A stretch of DNA of 64,000 nt, from positions 2,514-66,513 of the forward strand of contig CAZSJW010000001.1 of assembly GCA_964607285.1 (NCBI GenBank). Reading direction: 5' to 3'. This document shows positions 36,217-46,157 of this stretch, piece after piece; position 1 is the stretch's first letter; each line of letters opens with the position of its first letter. The notes beneath the pieces are model-generated. The model did no database searches. It was not told the DNA's origin and was given only the letters and a program-made list of their open reading frames with translations. The translations under genes were made by a program, and so were the position numbers. Source of the DNA: an uncultured Pseudomonadales bacterium. Lineage in GTDB: Bacteria > Patescibacteriota > Microgenomatia > UBA1400 > PJMF01.

Positions 36217-37083
36217 CTATCTGAGATATCTGCGTACTGCTACTAAGCCTGCAATGCCACCTAGTATCATGCCCGCCCCATTGCCAATGCCGATTTGTGT
36301 AGCCAGAAACAAGGGAGGAACAGGGAGTACTGTAATTTCACCCAAAAATTCTTGTATCCATGGTGAGGCATAGAGAAGCATGGTGTACATGAGAGTCCAC
36401 CCCACAAGAGAACCTAGTATGCCGTATAGCATCCCTTCCCACACGAATGGGCTTTGGACATATCCTTTGGTTGCACCAATAATTCTCATGATGGTGATGG
36501 CCCTTCGTTGATTGGCTGCTTTGATTGCAATCAATACCATGACTGTGAGAAAAGAAATAACAGCTAGCACGCCAACAATGGCGAGTCCAATCGCCCGTAT
36601 AGATGAGGTCCAGCGATTGAGTGCGTCCACTATGTCTTGTTGGTACACAACATCTTCAACACCAGGTGTTTTTTCTAGGTCAGCTTTTATTTGAGGCAGA
36701 TCGGCGATTTTCACGGCTGAAACTTCGATGCTGGCGGGCAAAATGTCTGCAGTTACCAGCTCAAGGAGCAGAGGATCGTCTTTATTTTCTGCTTTGTACA
36801 ACTCAAGTGCTTCTTCTTGAGTTACCACTGTTGTGTCCTTCACGTAAGGCTTTTCTTGCATGGATGTGGCAAGTGTTGTGATATCAGTATCAGGTGTTTT
36901 TAGTTCAAAAAAAGCAATGATTTGTGGTCTAGCTTCAAAATACTGCAAGACTACATGTCCCCCCGTTACTACCAGCGAAAAAATATAGGCCACAAAAAAA
37001 GTCAGTGAAACCATCATGATTGAAACTAATGCCTGGTACGGCGTACGACGCATTGTGGTCAGTGCAGTAGACAGTGATTTCAT
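36217..37083 (-). CDS. ftsX: Cell division protein FtsX (ABC-type permease-like)
   Basis: 288 aa; 4 TM segments with a large first periplasmic loop; 4-nt overlap with ftsE. Confidence 0.85.
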   Translation of the reverse strand: MKSLSTALTTMRRTPYQALVSIMMVSLTFFVAYIFSLVVTGGHVVLQYFEARPQIIAFFELKTPDTDITTLATSMQEKPYVKDTTVVTQEEALELYKAENKDDPLLLELVTADILPASIEVSAVKIADLPQIKADLEKTPGVEDVVYQQDIVDALNRWTSSIRAIGLAIVGVLAVISFLTVMVLIAIKAANQRRAITIMRIIGATKGYVQSPFVWEGMLYGILGSLVGWTLMYTMLLYASPWIQEFLGEITVLPVPPLFLATQIGIGNGAGMILGGIAGLVAVRRYLR

Positions 37084-38066
37084 GCCAGCTCCTCGTCATC
37101 TAAGCTCTCTACTTTCACTGTAACAAGAGTACTTTTTTTATCGGGATTTTTATCAGTTGTCTGTTGTTTTTTGTTACTGGATTTTTCTTTTTCTTCGCCT
37201 GACTTTGATTCTTCTTCATGCTCTGCAGACTTCGTGATTTTTTCTTTGGAGTCTGTTGATTCGGATTTTTTGCTACCAAACCAACGTGCAAAGAAGCTAG
37301 GTTTTTTTTCTTTGCTTTCGATCACTTTGCTAGTATCAATCTCTTTTTTCTCTTCAGCCTGAATTAGTTTTTTATTATTGGGAGATTTTGGGGGTTCAGA
37401 TGTATGTGTATCTAGAGTAATTTTACCATCTTCCAGATTGATTCGCCGTTTGTCTGCAAACAATGAAATGATATGCGGGTCGTGTGTAGCAAAAAGAATG
37501 GTAGTACCAAGTTTATTTATGGTGTGTAATAAATGAGCGATGTTGGTGGCGGTATCTCTATCAAGATTGCCTGTTGGTTCATCGGCGCAAATAACAGTAG
37601 GTGCTATTGCCAACGCTCGGGCAATACTAATTCGCTGTGCTTCACCACCAGATAATTGGCGAGGGAACACTTCTGATTTTCCAGTGAGTTGCACCAGTTT
37701 AAGCAAATCTGTCACCCGTTCTTCTATCTCACTTTGTGGCTTACCTATGATGTAGAGGGGAAGCGCAATGTTTTCCCAAACATTGAGTTCAGGTAATAGT
37801 CGGTAGTCTTGAAAGACCACGCCAATTTTACGACGATGGTGGTGAATTTCACGCTCGCGAATATCGGAGAGTGCTTTACCCTGGAACTCGATAGCCCCAC
37901 TTGTGGGTTCATACTCCCTGGTGAGCAGTCTCATGAGTGTAGTTTTGCCACTACCTGAAGGGCCAGTTATGAACACCATTTCACCTGGTTCTATAGAAAA
38001 GGAAACGTCAAAAACACCAGTAGAGTCGGGCAAAAAGGCTTTTGTGACTGAGCTAAACGTTATCAT
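37080..38066 (-). CDS. ftsE: Cell division ATP-binding protein FtsE with a ~110-aa K/E/S-rich C-terminal extension
   Basis: [14 protein letters not shown] Walker [16 protein letters not shown] signature, ADEPTGNLD Walker B. It is followed by a low-complexity tail ([16 protein letters not shown]...[15 protein letters not shown]). Confidence 0.9.
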   Translation of the reverse strand: MITFSSVTKAFLPDSTGVFDVSFSIEPGEMVFITGPSGSGKTTLMRLLTREYEPTSGAIEFQGKALSDIREREIHHHRRKIGVVFQDYRLLPELNVWENIALPLYIIGKPQSEIEERVTDLLKLVQLTGKSEVFPRQLSGGEAQRISIARALAIAPTVICADEPTGNLDRDTATNIAHLLHTINKLGTTILFATHDPHIISLFADKRRINLEDGKITLDTHTSEPPKSPNNKKLIQAEEKKEIDTSKVIESKEKKPSFFARWFGSKKSESTDSKEKITKSAEHEEESKSGEEKEKSSNKKQQTTDKNPDKKSTLVTVKVESLDDEELA

Positions 38067-38108
38067 ACGAGCAGGTGTTGATTTCGTTTATCGCTGAGGA
38101 TAAACAGT

Positions 38109-38774
38109 TTACTCTTCGGTTGGTGCTGTACCAGATGGGTTGACCACTTCTACCTTGCCCACATCCATGAGCCAGCCAACTTTTTGGCCTTTGAAAGTTT
38201 CTCCCCATACTTTTACATCCATGCCGACAAGCTTATCCAAGTCTGTTACTGATGAAGTAAGGTACACCGTTTGTGAGTCTCCACCTGGGCGTAAGAGTTT
38301 GTGTGAGCCTTCTCCCGACAATCCACCCGCTTCGAGGTATCCTTCAGCACTGTCTTTAAAGACTTCAGCAGTACTGCCAAACACATCACCAGCTTTGACA
38401 CTATCACCAGCTACTTTTTGCATGGGTGAAGGACCTGTATCTGTGTCTCCCCCACCTGAGCGTGAAGCCGAGAGCTTGTTAGCCCCGAAACCAGTGGCAA
38501 CTCCTGCCACAATGGCTAGGACAGTGAGAACAACTAGTGGTGCTTTGGAGGGTTTTGGCATATGTGCTTCTCTAAATGCAGGGTCAGAAGATTGTTTTGT
38601 AAGGTCATTAGTATCTGACATGTGGGCAAGTGAGTCAACCTGTGAATGTGTGCCTGCTGTGGCAGTATCTACTGGTGTGTTAGTGAGGGATAGTTTGTGC
38701 ATAGCTAGTCTCCGATACTCAGCATCCAGTATAGCATGATGCTGTGTGAACTGTGAGGTCGCAAAATTACACAA
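38109..38774 (-). CDS. Hypothetical membrane-anchored protein between prfB and ftsE
   Basis: TM helix LVVLTVLAIVAGVATGFGA followed by a ~120-aa extracytoplasmic domain; start uncertain. Confidence 0.45.
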   Translation of the reverse strand: MCNFATSQFTQHHAILDAEYRRLAMHKLSLTNTPVDTATAGTHSQVDSLAHMSDTNDLTKQSSDPAFREAHMPKPSKAPLVVLTVLAIVAGVATGFGANKLSASRSGGGDTDTGPSPMQKVAGDSVKAGDVFGSTAEVFKDSAEGYLEAGGLSGEGSHKLLRPGGDSQTVYLTSSVTDLDKLVGMDVKVWGETFKGQKVGWLMDVGKVEVVNPSGTAPTEE

Positions 38775-39953
38775 TTATGGGATATGTTGTAGTTCAGCTT
38801 GAATAAAACCATCCAGATCTCCATCAAGTACAGCATCTGTGTCGGAGCTCTCATGTTCAGTGCGTGTGTCTTTTACCAAATGGTATGGATGGAGTACGTA
38901 GTTTCTGATTTGTGTGCCCCAGCTCGCGTTGGTGTGTTGTCCTTTTTCTTTGCTGAGCTCTGCCTGAACTCTTTGTTCTTCTAACTGGGCTAGTTTTGCT
39001 TTTAGTTTTTTTAGTGCTCGTTCTTTGTTTTGTACTTGGCTACGCTCTTCACGGCAGCGCACTGAAATACCTGTCGGAATGTGGGTGAGTTCTACGGCTG
39101 TATTAACTTTATTTACATTTTGCCCTCCAGCTCCACCTGCACGTGAGAACTGCCAAGACAGGTCACTTTCTTTTAGGTCCACATCGGGTATGTCATCTTC
39201 AACAAGAGGAAGTATTTCTACTAGTGCAAATGAAGTTTGGCGCAGACTATCTGCATTAAAAGGACTCAGTCGTACTAGCCTGTGCGTTCCCGTTTCTCTT
39301 CGCAGGTAGCCGTAGGCATACGGGACAGTAACTTCATACTCTGCGGCTTTTATGCCAGCTTCCTCGCCGCGAGACTCGGAGACAAATGTATATTTCCATC
39401 CTTTACGTTCGAAGTAGCGAACATACATACGCCTCAGCATGTCAGCCCAATCCATGGCCTCAGTACCACCTTGACCCGAGTGAATGGAGACTATGGCTCC
39501 GAAACTGTCAAACTTGCCCGATAAATATTGCTGCAGTTCTAAGCTTGCCAATCGTTTCTCTAGTCGTTTTAGTGCTATTTCAAGCTCTGTTTGCAATTCA
39601 GGTTGTTCATCACTGAGTTCTGCCTGTAGCTCAACAAATGCTTGTACATCAGCAATTAGTTTTTGTGCTTCGCGGTACTGGTTGAGCAGTTCTGTGTCTA
39701 CAGACAACTTGCGCATGTGTGCTTGTGCGTCGGGATTAGACCAAAAATCAGGGAGTAGGGTAGCTTGCTCTTGAGCTGCAATTGATTCTTCCAACGGTTT
39801 GACTAACTCTGGTGTGACTAGTCTTTCAAACTGATCTGTAAGTTTGGCAATTGTGTCGCGAACATCAGGACTCATGGAAGCGATTGTAGCACGAGATGTA
39901 GGTAAAGACTGAGATTCAATTTGCTTATTTGTGTGTGTAAAGCTACAATCCAC
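38775..39953 (-). CDS. prfB: Peptide chain release factor 2, single uninterrupted ORF with no programmed frameshift
   Basis: GGQ motif ([11 protein letters not shown]) and SPF tripeptide (RLSPFNADS), which marks RF2. The likely start is the internal MSPDVRD at 39875. Confidence 0.9.
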   Translation of the reverse strand: MDCSFTHTNKQIESQSLPTSRATIASMSPDVRDTIAKLTDQFERLVTPELVKPLEESIAAQEQATLLPDFWSNPDAQAHMRKLSVDTELLNQYREAQKLIADVQAFVELQAELSDEQPELQTELEIALKRLEKRLASLELQQYLSGKFDSFGAIVSIHSGQGGTEAMDWADMLRRMYVRYFERKGWKYTFVSESRGEEAGIKAAEYEVTVPYAYGYLRRETGTHRLVRLSPFNADSLRQTSFALVEILPLVEDDIPDVDLKESDLSWQFSRAGGAGGQNVNKVNTAVELTHIPTGISVRCREERSQVQNKERALKKLKAKLAQLEEQRVQAELSKEKGQHTNASWGTQIRNYVLHPYHLVKDTRTEHESSDTDAVLDGDLDGFIQAELQHIP

Positions 39954-39986
39954 ACCTGGAACAAATACATCATACTGCGAATAAAT

Positions 39987-40367
39987 ATGTCAAGTAATTT
40001 AATTGAATTAGGGAGCAACAAGACCGAACGGTTGTTTTACCGAGTTGTACATGAGACGGGTTTGGATGTACGTCTTTCAACTTCCATTCGTTCACCAATA
40101 CCAGTAGAAGATAAACATGGGGAAATTAAAAAAACTGTCACCACTCCCGATTTTATTGTCGAGGATACAGTATCGCAAAAATGGATGTATGTTGAAGTCA
40201 CACAGGGCAGCGGGTCGTGGAGCTCAAAAGCCGCGCAAGAAAGAGTTGTGCAAGCTGCAGGAGTAGAGAATTATATTCAATTGACAGGTAGGCAGATAGA
40301 GCAACTGGTGGCGGAAGAAAAGGCAGAGCTAAGAAAACTTCTAATTATCGCTTTTTTTAATTGGTGA
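39987..40367 (+). CDS. Hypothetical protein (126 aa), possible PD-(D/E)xK-like fold
   Basis: ORF starting MSSNLIEL. The segment PDFIVED...YVEVTQG is reminiscent of restriction-endonuclease-like cores; weak. Confidence 0.35.
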   Translation: MSSNLIELGSNKTERLFYRVVHETGLDVRLSTSIRSPIPVEDKHGEIKKTVTTPDFIVEDTVSQKWMYVEVTQGSGSWSSKAAQERVVQAAGVENYIQLTGRQIEQLVAEEKAELRKLLIIAFFNW

Positions 40368-41991
40368 TTGTGATGGATGTATTGCTAGGTGAGGTTCCCG
40401 ACTGTGGGGTGAAGATAACTGGATACCTGGCAAGCTCGGTATTTTCTGTGTGCACCAAAAATCTAACAGTAGTACTAGTTTGTTCAGGTACTTGGACCAA
40501 CATTCCATATTCTGTGAGCTCAGTTCCCGCATAAGTGGTAACTGTACGGGTAGATTGTGGAGTGGTTGTTGTCCCATCTATCGATACGCTATCGAGTTCC
40601 CAACCTGGTAGCACAAACAGCCGTTGAAAATTGCTGTACACACTGTCTCTAACAGAACTCCCTGTTTGAAGTTGCACATCACTTGGAGTGTTATTGTTTT
40701 GGATTGTCAAATCTACTGTAATTTGTTGAGTATGTTTGGAGATGGTAATGGCTCTACTGATTTCTCTATTAGCTTTATTAATTCCAACATTCGATTCGAT
40801 TAAAAATATTGGATTAGTTTGTGGCACGGTAGTAAGTTCTCCAGTCATCTGTAGCTGCTGTAATGATTCTTGCAGCTGCGAATTACTTGCAAACACTTGA
40901 ATTTCACGCAGCACTACTGCAGATCGAAACACCTGTGCCAACTCTAGCAACTGTTGGTTTGATAACGAGGCAGCACGCAGTTGCACTTGGACGAGCAATT
41001 GTTCGAGCAGATGTTTTTTTTGTATGCTGCCCGCAAAGAACTCTGCTCTTTCTGAACGCAGTGCAGTTCCGATGTTGTCTGCACTTATTTCAGTGGCATA
41101 GTCTGGAAGTTTGATTGGTCCAAGTATGGACATACTGCGTTCTGCAAGTGTGAGGTTTATTGTGGCAACGGTGTGAATATTCAATCGATTTCCCAGAGCA
41201 AAAAACTGTAAAATGTGCTGTGCACTGGTTGGAAAGTCTGGATCCCAGTTGGCATCGGGTAGGCGCAATCCTCGATTGTCACTGAGGTACTCTTTGACTC
41301 CAGGTGGGGCTTCCAGGTATCCAGTAAACTGACCATCCGCATCGTAAATGTCTTCTACAACCCACTCAGACACCTGTGCATCTTTTAGCGTGATCAGTAC
41401 ATACGAACCCATAAAGCCACCAGTTGCTCTTAGCTCGTCAGTGTTTTGTAAGAGGAGAAGTACGTGTCCGTCTGTATCGATAAGTTGATTTATGGCAGCA
41501 AGCGTAGTGGAAACACTCTTCGCAGAGGTTGCTGCATCTGGATAAATGCGTTCAAGTGCCTGAAGTGTACGTGGGTTTTTTTCTAAATTATTGGTCAATG
41601 CTGTTGTGTGCTCTTCCAATTTTTTTAGTTGGTCTTTGACTGGTCTGAAATCTATAGTACCTGTTGTTTGTTGAGCAAATAGTGAAGGTAACTGAGTAGC
41701 AATTTGTGTTGAGTAAATGGCTATTTCTGGTATGAGTCTGAGTGGAGCAAGGACGAAGTTGTCGCCAAGAGCTTTAGGTGCAATCAATCTAGCAAATGGC
41801 AACAGATTTTGAGTAGCTGTATGGATTTTCGAAATGTTTCTCTCATCCACAGCTTGCTGTAGCTGCCAAAGTTGCAAGGTAATATACAGAAAAGCAACTA
41901 GTATGCATGCTAGTAAAACATGTGCGCCATGCTTTACAATTCGGCGCACATGTTGAGCATTATTTGAGTGTAATTGTTGTGATTGTGTCAC
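40357..41991 (-). CDS. DUF4012 domain-containing membrane-anchored protein
   Basis: N-terminal TM (VLLACILVAFLYITL) and the characteristic QNTDELRATGGFMGSYVLITL block. Confidence 0.62.
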   Translation of the reverse strand: MTQSQQLHSNNAQHVRRIVKHGAHVLLACILVAFLYITLQLWQLQQAVDERNISKIHTATQNLLPFARLIAPKALGDNFVLAPLRLIPEIAIYSTQIATQLPSLFAQQTTGTIDFRPVKDQLKKLEEHTTALTNNLEKNPRTLQALERIYPDAATSAKSVSTTLAAINQLIDTDGHVLLLLQNTDELRATGGFMGSYVLITLKDAQVSEWVVEDIYDADGQFTGYLEAPPGVKEYLSDNRGLRLPDANWDPDFPTSAQHILQFFALGNRLNIHTVATINLTLAERSMSILGPIKLPDYATEISADNIGTALRSERAEFFAGSIQKKHLLEQLLVQVQLRAASLSNQQLLELAQVFRSAVVLREIQVFASNSQLQESLQQLQMTGELTTVPQTNPIFLIESNVGINKANREISRAITISKHTQQITVDLTIQNNNTPSDVQLQTGSSVRDSVYSNFQRLFVLPGWELDSVSIDGTTTTPQSTRTVTTYAGTELTEYGMLVQVPEQTSTTVRFLVHTENTELARYPVIFTPQSGTSPSNTSITITN

Positions 41992-42622
41992 CGACAGTAA
42001 TGTTCTCTAACACGTCCATACCAGAAAGTACTTTACCAAATACCGCATGTTTGCCATCTAGCCACGGGGTTGCCTCGTACGTTATGAAAAACTGACTGCC
42101 ACCAGTGTTAGCACCTGCATTTGCCATAGATAGAATACCTGGACCATTGTGGGTAAGGGTAGGGTCAAACTCATCAGCAATTGTGTATCCTGGTCCGCCA
42201 CTGCCCCACATGCCTTGTTTTGTAGCATCTTTTGTCAGCGGATCGCCAACTTGGGCCATAAAATCTGGTATTACTCGGTGGAAAACAATGCCATTGTAGT
42301 ATTTTTCAGATACTAAATTAACAAAGTTGGCTGTGGTGAGGGGTGCTTTATCTCGATACAGCTCTACAGTGATGCTACCTTTGCTTGTTTCGATTACTGC
42401 TTCGGTAGCTGCTATCTCTTTAAAATCTGCAAGTGTTTTCTGTGTCGGCATAGTTGGTTCCTCTTGATTTGCTACTGGATTTGTACTGATTGTATTAGAT
42501 TTTTGAGTACCAAGATCCACGTCATCAGTCGTGGTTTGTGTGGGGAGACACGCACTGAGTACGAGTGAAGCTGTGATCAAGCTGATACCTACTACTAAGG
42601 AGGTTTGGGATCTACTGAGCAT
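41960..42622 (-). CDS. ppiB: Peptidyl-prolyl cis-trans isomerase, cyclophilin type, lipoprotein-like
   Basis: FHRVIPDFMAQVGDP...GGPGY...SMANAG...GSQFFIT...LDGKHAVFGKV cyclophilin core. N-terminal LSAC lipobox-like signal. Confidence 0.88.
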   Translation of the reverse strand: MLSRSQTSLVVGISLITASLVLSACLPTQTTTDDVDLGTQKSNTISTNPVANQEEPTMPTQKTLADFKEIAATEAVIETSKGSITVELYRDKAPLTTANFVNLVSEKYYNGIVFHRVIPDFMAQVGDPLTKDATKQGMWGSGGPGYTIADEFDPTLTHNGPGILSMANAGANTGGSQFFITYEATPWLDGKHAVFGKVLSGMDVLENITVGDTITTITLK

Positions 42623-42655
42623 AGGTCACCATGCTACAATAGATCGGAGGATTTC

Positions 42656-43387
42656 GCAATGAGTTTGACGATCACTTTGTTACACGGTTGGGCGGTAAGT
42701 CCCGAGAATCAGTCCAAGTGGGTACAGTTTCGGGCATGTTTGAAGAGAAAAGGCTTTGATACGCGATTTTTACCAATACCTGGACTTTCTTCACCACTAG
42801 ATACAGCATGGGGTTTACAAGAATATGTACTCTGGTTGCATGCGCAACTTAAACACGGTAAAAAAACCATTTTGTTAGGCCATTCTTTCGGTGGACAAAT
42901 CGTATCACGCTTTGCAGCTTTGTATCCAGAAAAAGTATCCGCAGTTATTTTAATTGATAGCGCTGGAATTCGTGATAGATCTATTGCTGTGGTGATAAAG
43001 AGGAGCGTATTCAAATGTATAGCAACTCTAGGAAAGAAATTGACAAACTCGCCACAACTTCGACACATCATCTACAAATTAGCCCGAGAAAAAGATTACT
43101 TTGAAGCGTCACCAGTGTTGCGTAGGACCATGGCAGCGGTGCTTGCAGATGAAGTTACCTCAGATTTGCCAAAGATTTCGGCACCTACCTGTATCATATG
43201 GGGGGAACACGATCGAGTCACCCCTCCCAAATTGGCTTATCAATTCAACGCCCTCATCCCCAACTCGCAACTACACATCATAACAGGTGCTCGGCACTCT
43301 CCTCAGTTTTCACATCCTACAACTGTTGCTGAGTATATTGTTGCTTTCTTACAAGCTGAGTTTCTTGTGCCTGGAGGCAAATCATGA
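42656..43387 (+). CDS. Alpha/beta hydrolase
   Basis: GHSFGG nucleophile elbow, later Asp and His (GARHSPQ). ATGA overlap with the next gene. Confidence 0.72.
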   Translation, partial: AMSLTITLLHGWAVSPENQSKWVQFRACLKRKGFDTRFLPIPGLSSPLDTAWGLQEYVLWLHAQLKHGKKTILLGHSFGGQIVSRFAALYPEKVSAVILIDSAGIRDRSIAVVIKRSVFKCIATLGKKLTNSPQLRHIIYKLAREKDYFEASPVLRRTMAAVLADEVTSDLPKISAPTCIIWGEHDRVTPPKLAYQFNALIPNSQLHIITGARHSPQFSHPTTVAEYIVAFLQAEFLVPGGKS

Positions 43388-44886
43388 ACTGGTTTGTCAT
43401 ATGTATCGCTACTATCTATGGTATTTCGGCTCTAGTCCGTTTGGTGCGGTGGGTGGCAATTTTACAGCAAAAGGAGTATAGATTTGATAGAGTTCGAGTT
43501 TTTTTATTGTCATCTGAAGGCAATGCAGAATTTCTACGCTTGCTTCCCTCAACTTCAGACTTTTCCAGGACAGGATTCAAGCGTCCAAAGTTGACGCAAA
43601 GAGCCATAGTCTCTGCCTTGCTCAGCTTTGGAGAGTTATTGACTCTAATTTTCACTCCAATTATTTGGTACCTCAGACTGGAGTACGTCGATTCAGTTGG
43701 TGCAATTTTGTTGCTAAGTATCTGGTTACTATTTATTTTAGTGAGTATTCCTTTGCTAGTATTATTGACTGCAGTGCCGACAAGTTTGGTTGCTCAGTAT
43801 CAGACTATGGTCATGTGCCGTTCAGCTGCCAAGCTACTGGACTTTCATACACCTTTAGTGATCGGAATAACAGGGAGTTATGGCAAATCGTCGACAAAAC
43901 AGCTACTAGCTCATGTGTTGAGCAAAAAGTACCGTGTTTTTGCCACACCTCGCTCATTTAATACTCGCTACTCTGTAGCACAAAGTATTGTCATAGGCTA
44001 TAGGGGTGAGGAAATTGTCATTCTAGAGTATGGAGCGTATGGTCCAGGTGAAATTCGCAAACTGGTATCTGACTTACCAGCAAACTGGGCAGTTATTACT
44101 GGCTTTGCACCACAACATTTGGGACTGTTTGGATCAGAGGATGCAATCCTGAGGGCGAAAGCCGAACTACTTGAAGCGTTACCGCCCGATGGTAAGGCAT
44201 TTGTAAATGGTGATGATAGTGGTGTGCAGAGAATTGTTTCTGTAGCTACTATTGAGCCATCTGTGCCTGTTTTGGAGTTTTCGGTTTATTCTGTTCCTGC
44301 TCTCAAGAAGACAAAGCTTTCAAGTAATGGTTCACTGGAGATTCCATATACAGGAAAGCTTATTACAACGAACTTAGTAGGTAAGCATTATGTACAAACT
44401 ATTGCAGGTGTTTGGGCTATTGCTGCTGAGCTAGGTATGAGTGAAAAAAGCATACTTTCTCAACTCAAAAGTTTTGTTCCCACCGATACATTTATGCAAA
44501 GGTATGTGACAAGAAATGCAGTAACAATTCTCGATGATGGTGGTACTAGTAATCCTAGAGGGTTTGCTGCAGCACTAGAAGTTCTGGAGCAACTGGAGTT
44601 CGCTCAAAAAATTCTCATAACTCCAGGCATTGTGGATTTAGGGAATCAGTCCAATTCCATTCATCTAGAACTTGCTAAGCAGGCATGGAGTGTGGGGGTG
44701 AGTGAGGTCTTGTATGTTGGTGAGAATGGCAAAGGCGAGTTTAGTACTGTTTTTAGTCCAAACAGAGTTTTATCTGAACGCTCAGCTGTGCAAACTGCAC
44801 TGACTACAATGCCATCGGGGTCGGTACTGTTGATTGAAGGTAGATTACCTGGCTGGTGTGAGGATATACTCAAACAGCTACTATGA
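43384..44886 (+). CDS. Mur ligase family protein (MurF-like catalytic and C-terminal domains) with a ~150-aa N-terminal membrane domain replacing the usual substrate-binding domain
   Basis: 3-4 TM helices, then P-loop GITGSYGKSSTKQL. EYGAYGPGEIRKL...AVITGFAPQHLGLFGSEDAILRAKAELLEAL...AFVNGDD matches the MurF central-domain pattern. Confidence 0.72.
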   Translation: MNWFVICIATIYGISALVRLVRWVAILQQKEYRFDRVRVFLLSSEGNAEFLRLLPSTSDFSRTGFKRPKLTQRAIVSALLSFGELLTLIFTPIIWYLRLEYVDSVGAILLLSIWLLFILVSIPLLVLLTAVPTSLVAQYQTMVMCRSAAKLLDFHTPLVIGITGSYGKSSTKQLLAHVLSKKYRVFATPRSFNTRYSVAQSIVIGYRGEEIVILEYGAYGPGEIRKLVSDLPANWAVITGFAPQHLGLFGSEDAILRAKAELLEALPPDGKAFVNGDDSGVQRIVSVATIEPSVPVLEFSVYSVPALKKTKLSSNGSLEIPYTGKLITTNLVGKHYVQTIAGVWAIAAELGMSEKSILSQLKSFVPTDTFMQRYVTRNAVTILDDGGTSNPRGFAAALEVLEQLEFAQKILITPGIVDLGNQSNSIHLELAKQAWSVGVSEVLYVGENGKGEFSTVFSPNRVLSERSAVQTALTTMPSGSVLLIEGRLPGWCEDILKQLL

Positions 44887-46157
44887 AACCGATATTCCTA
44901 AGTTTGGGTTCAAACTATTCACTTTCATATGCGTACACTGCGTTACTGCAACTAGTTCGCCCTAACCTGGCAGCACTCGCGCAAGCTGGTCGTGAAATCG
45001 AACAGCTCTTTGGTGGTCGCCCAGTATTTTACTACAAGGGCCGTGATGCTATTGAGCAGGCACTTCTAGCAATTCAACGAAAGCACACTCAAAAACTTAC
45101 AGTCTTTACTCAGGCAGCTAGTTGTTATGCAATTGAGGAAGCGATTACAAGAGCAGGAGCGCAACCAGTCTATGTGGATGTTGGCAAGCACAAGTTGAAC
45201 ATGACAGTAAAAACTTTGGAAGCCACCTATGTGCAGAGTGGTAGACCAAGGAATGCAGTCGTCATAGTGCAACACTTGTTGGGTTATCCTGCAGATATGG
45301 TTAGGCTACAAGAGTGGTGTCAGCAAAACTCTGTGCTTTTAATCGAAGATGTAGCGCAATCGTTTGGTGCACTGTCTAGTGAAAGTGCAATGGTTGGAAC
45401 ATATGGAGATGTTGTTGTTGGTTCATTTGGCCGTGATAAAGTGCTTGATTGTGTCAATGGAGGATTTACATTAGTGCGCAATCAAAAGTGTTCACCTCAA
45501 AGTAAAGAGCTTAAGAACCTTGTGAGTTCACGTCAGTTGTTTCTTAATTTACTGTATCCCGTTGTAACAGTATTAATCAGGAATTTGTATGGTTTTTTTG
45601 GCCTTGGAAGAGTGATCTTTTATATTGCTAAGCAAGTAGGTGTGCTTCGCTCTCCTATTCCATCACCGTTGCCAGTGAGCAGTGCCTTACCTGCGGAGTT
45701 TGGTCAGTTACTGAAAAATCAGATGAGTGATTTGTCCGCACAACTTGCACATCGCAGACAGATTGCACAAATGTACTTCTCACAACTGTCAGCATGGATT
45801 TCGGTACTGCATATTTCGGAGCGCATGTTGACAAAAGCAGCTTGTTTACGGGTCCCAGTGTTTGTTCCAGATGTTCACGCATTCATTCTTTTTTTGAGAT
45901 CCCACAATATTCATGGTAGTGATAGATGGTATAGGTCTGCTGTAGATATGGGCACATTTTCATTTCCCACTGTGTATCAGGCAGGAAGTTGTCCAAATGC
46001 TGAGTTTCTGACTAAGCATCTTTGTAATTTGCCAACACACAGAGCGATCAGTGTGGCTCAGGCTGAGGAATTGGCGCGTCTCACGAGATCATTCTTAAGC
46101 AGACCAGAAGTGCTTCTTTGGTATAAAGAAGCGTTGCAACAGGATATAGCACTATGA
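44883..46157 (+). CDS. DegT/DnrJ/EryC1/StrS-like PLP-dependent enzyme
   Basis: LLIEDVAQSFGA...GDVVVGSFGRDKVL has the DegT-family arrangement, including the putative PLP lysine. ATGA overlaps on both sides. Confidence 0.6.
   Translation: MKPIFLSLGSNYSLSYAYTALLQLVRPNLAALAQAGREIEQLFGGRPVFYYKGRDAIEQALLAIQRKHTQKLTVFTQAASCYAIEEAITRAGAQPVYVDVGKHKLNMTVKTLEATYVQSGRPRNAVVIVQHLLGYPADMVRLQEWCQQNSVLLIEDVAQSFGALSSESAMVGTYGDVVVGSFGRDKVLDCVNGGFTLVRNQKCSPQSKELKNLVSSRQLFLNLLYPVVTVLIRNLYGFFGLGRVIFYIAKQVGVLRSPIPSPLPVSSALPAEFGQLLKNQMSDLSAQLAHRRQIAQMYFSQLSAWISVLHISERMLTKAACLRVPVFVPDVHAFILFLRSHNIHGSDRWYRSAVDMGTFSFPTVYQAGSCPNAEFLTKHLCNLPTHRAISVAQAEELARLTRSFLSRPEVLLWYKEALQQDIAL

Noticed and set aside
38775-39953. 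Programmed +1 frameshift in prfB
   Set aside because: The ORF is continuous and no CTTTGAC slippery site is present.
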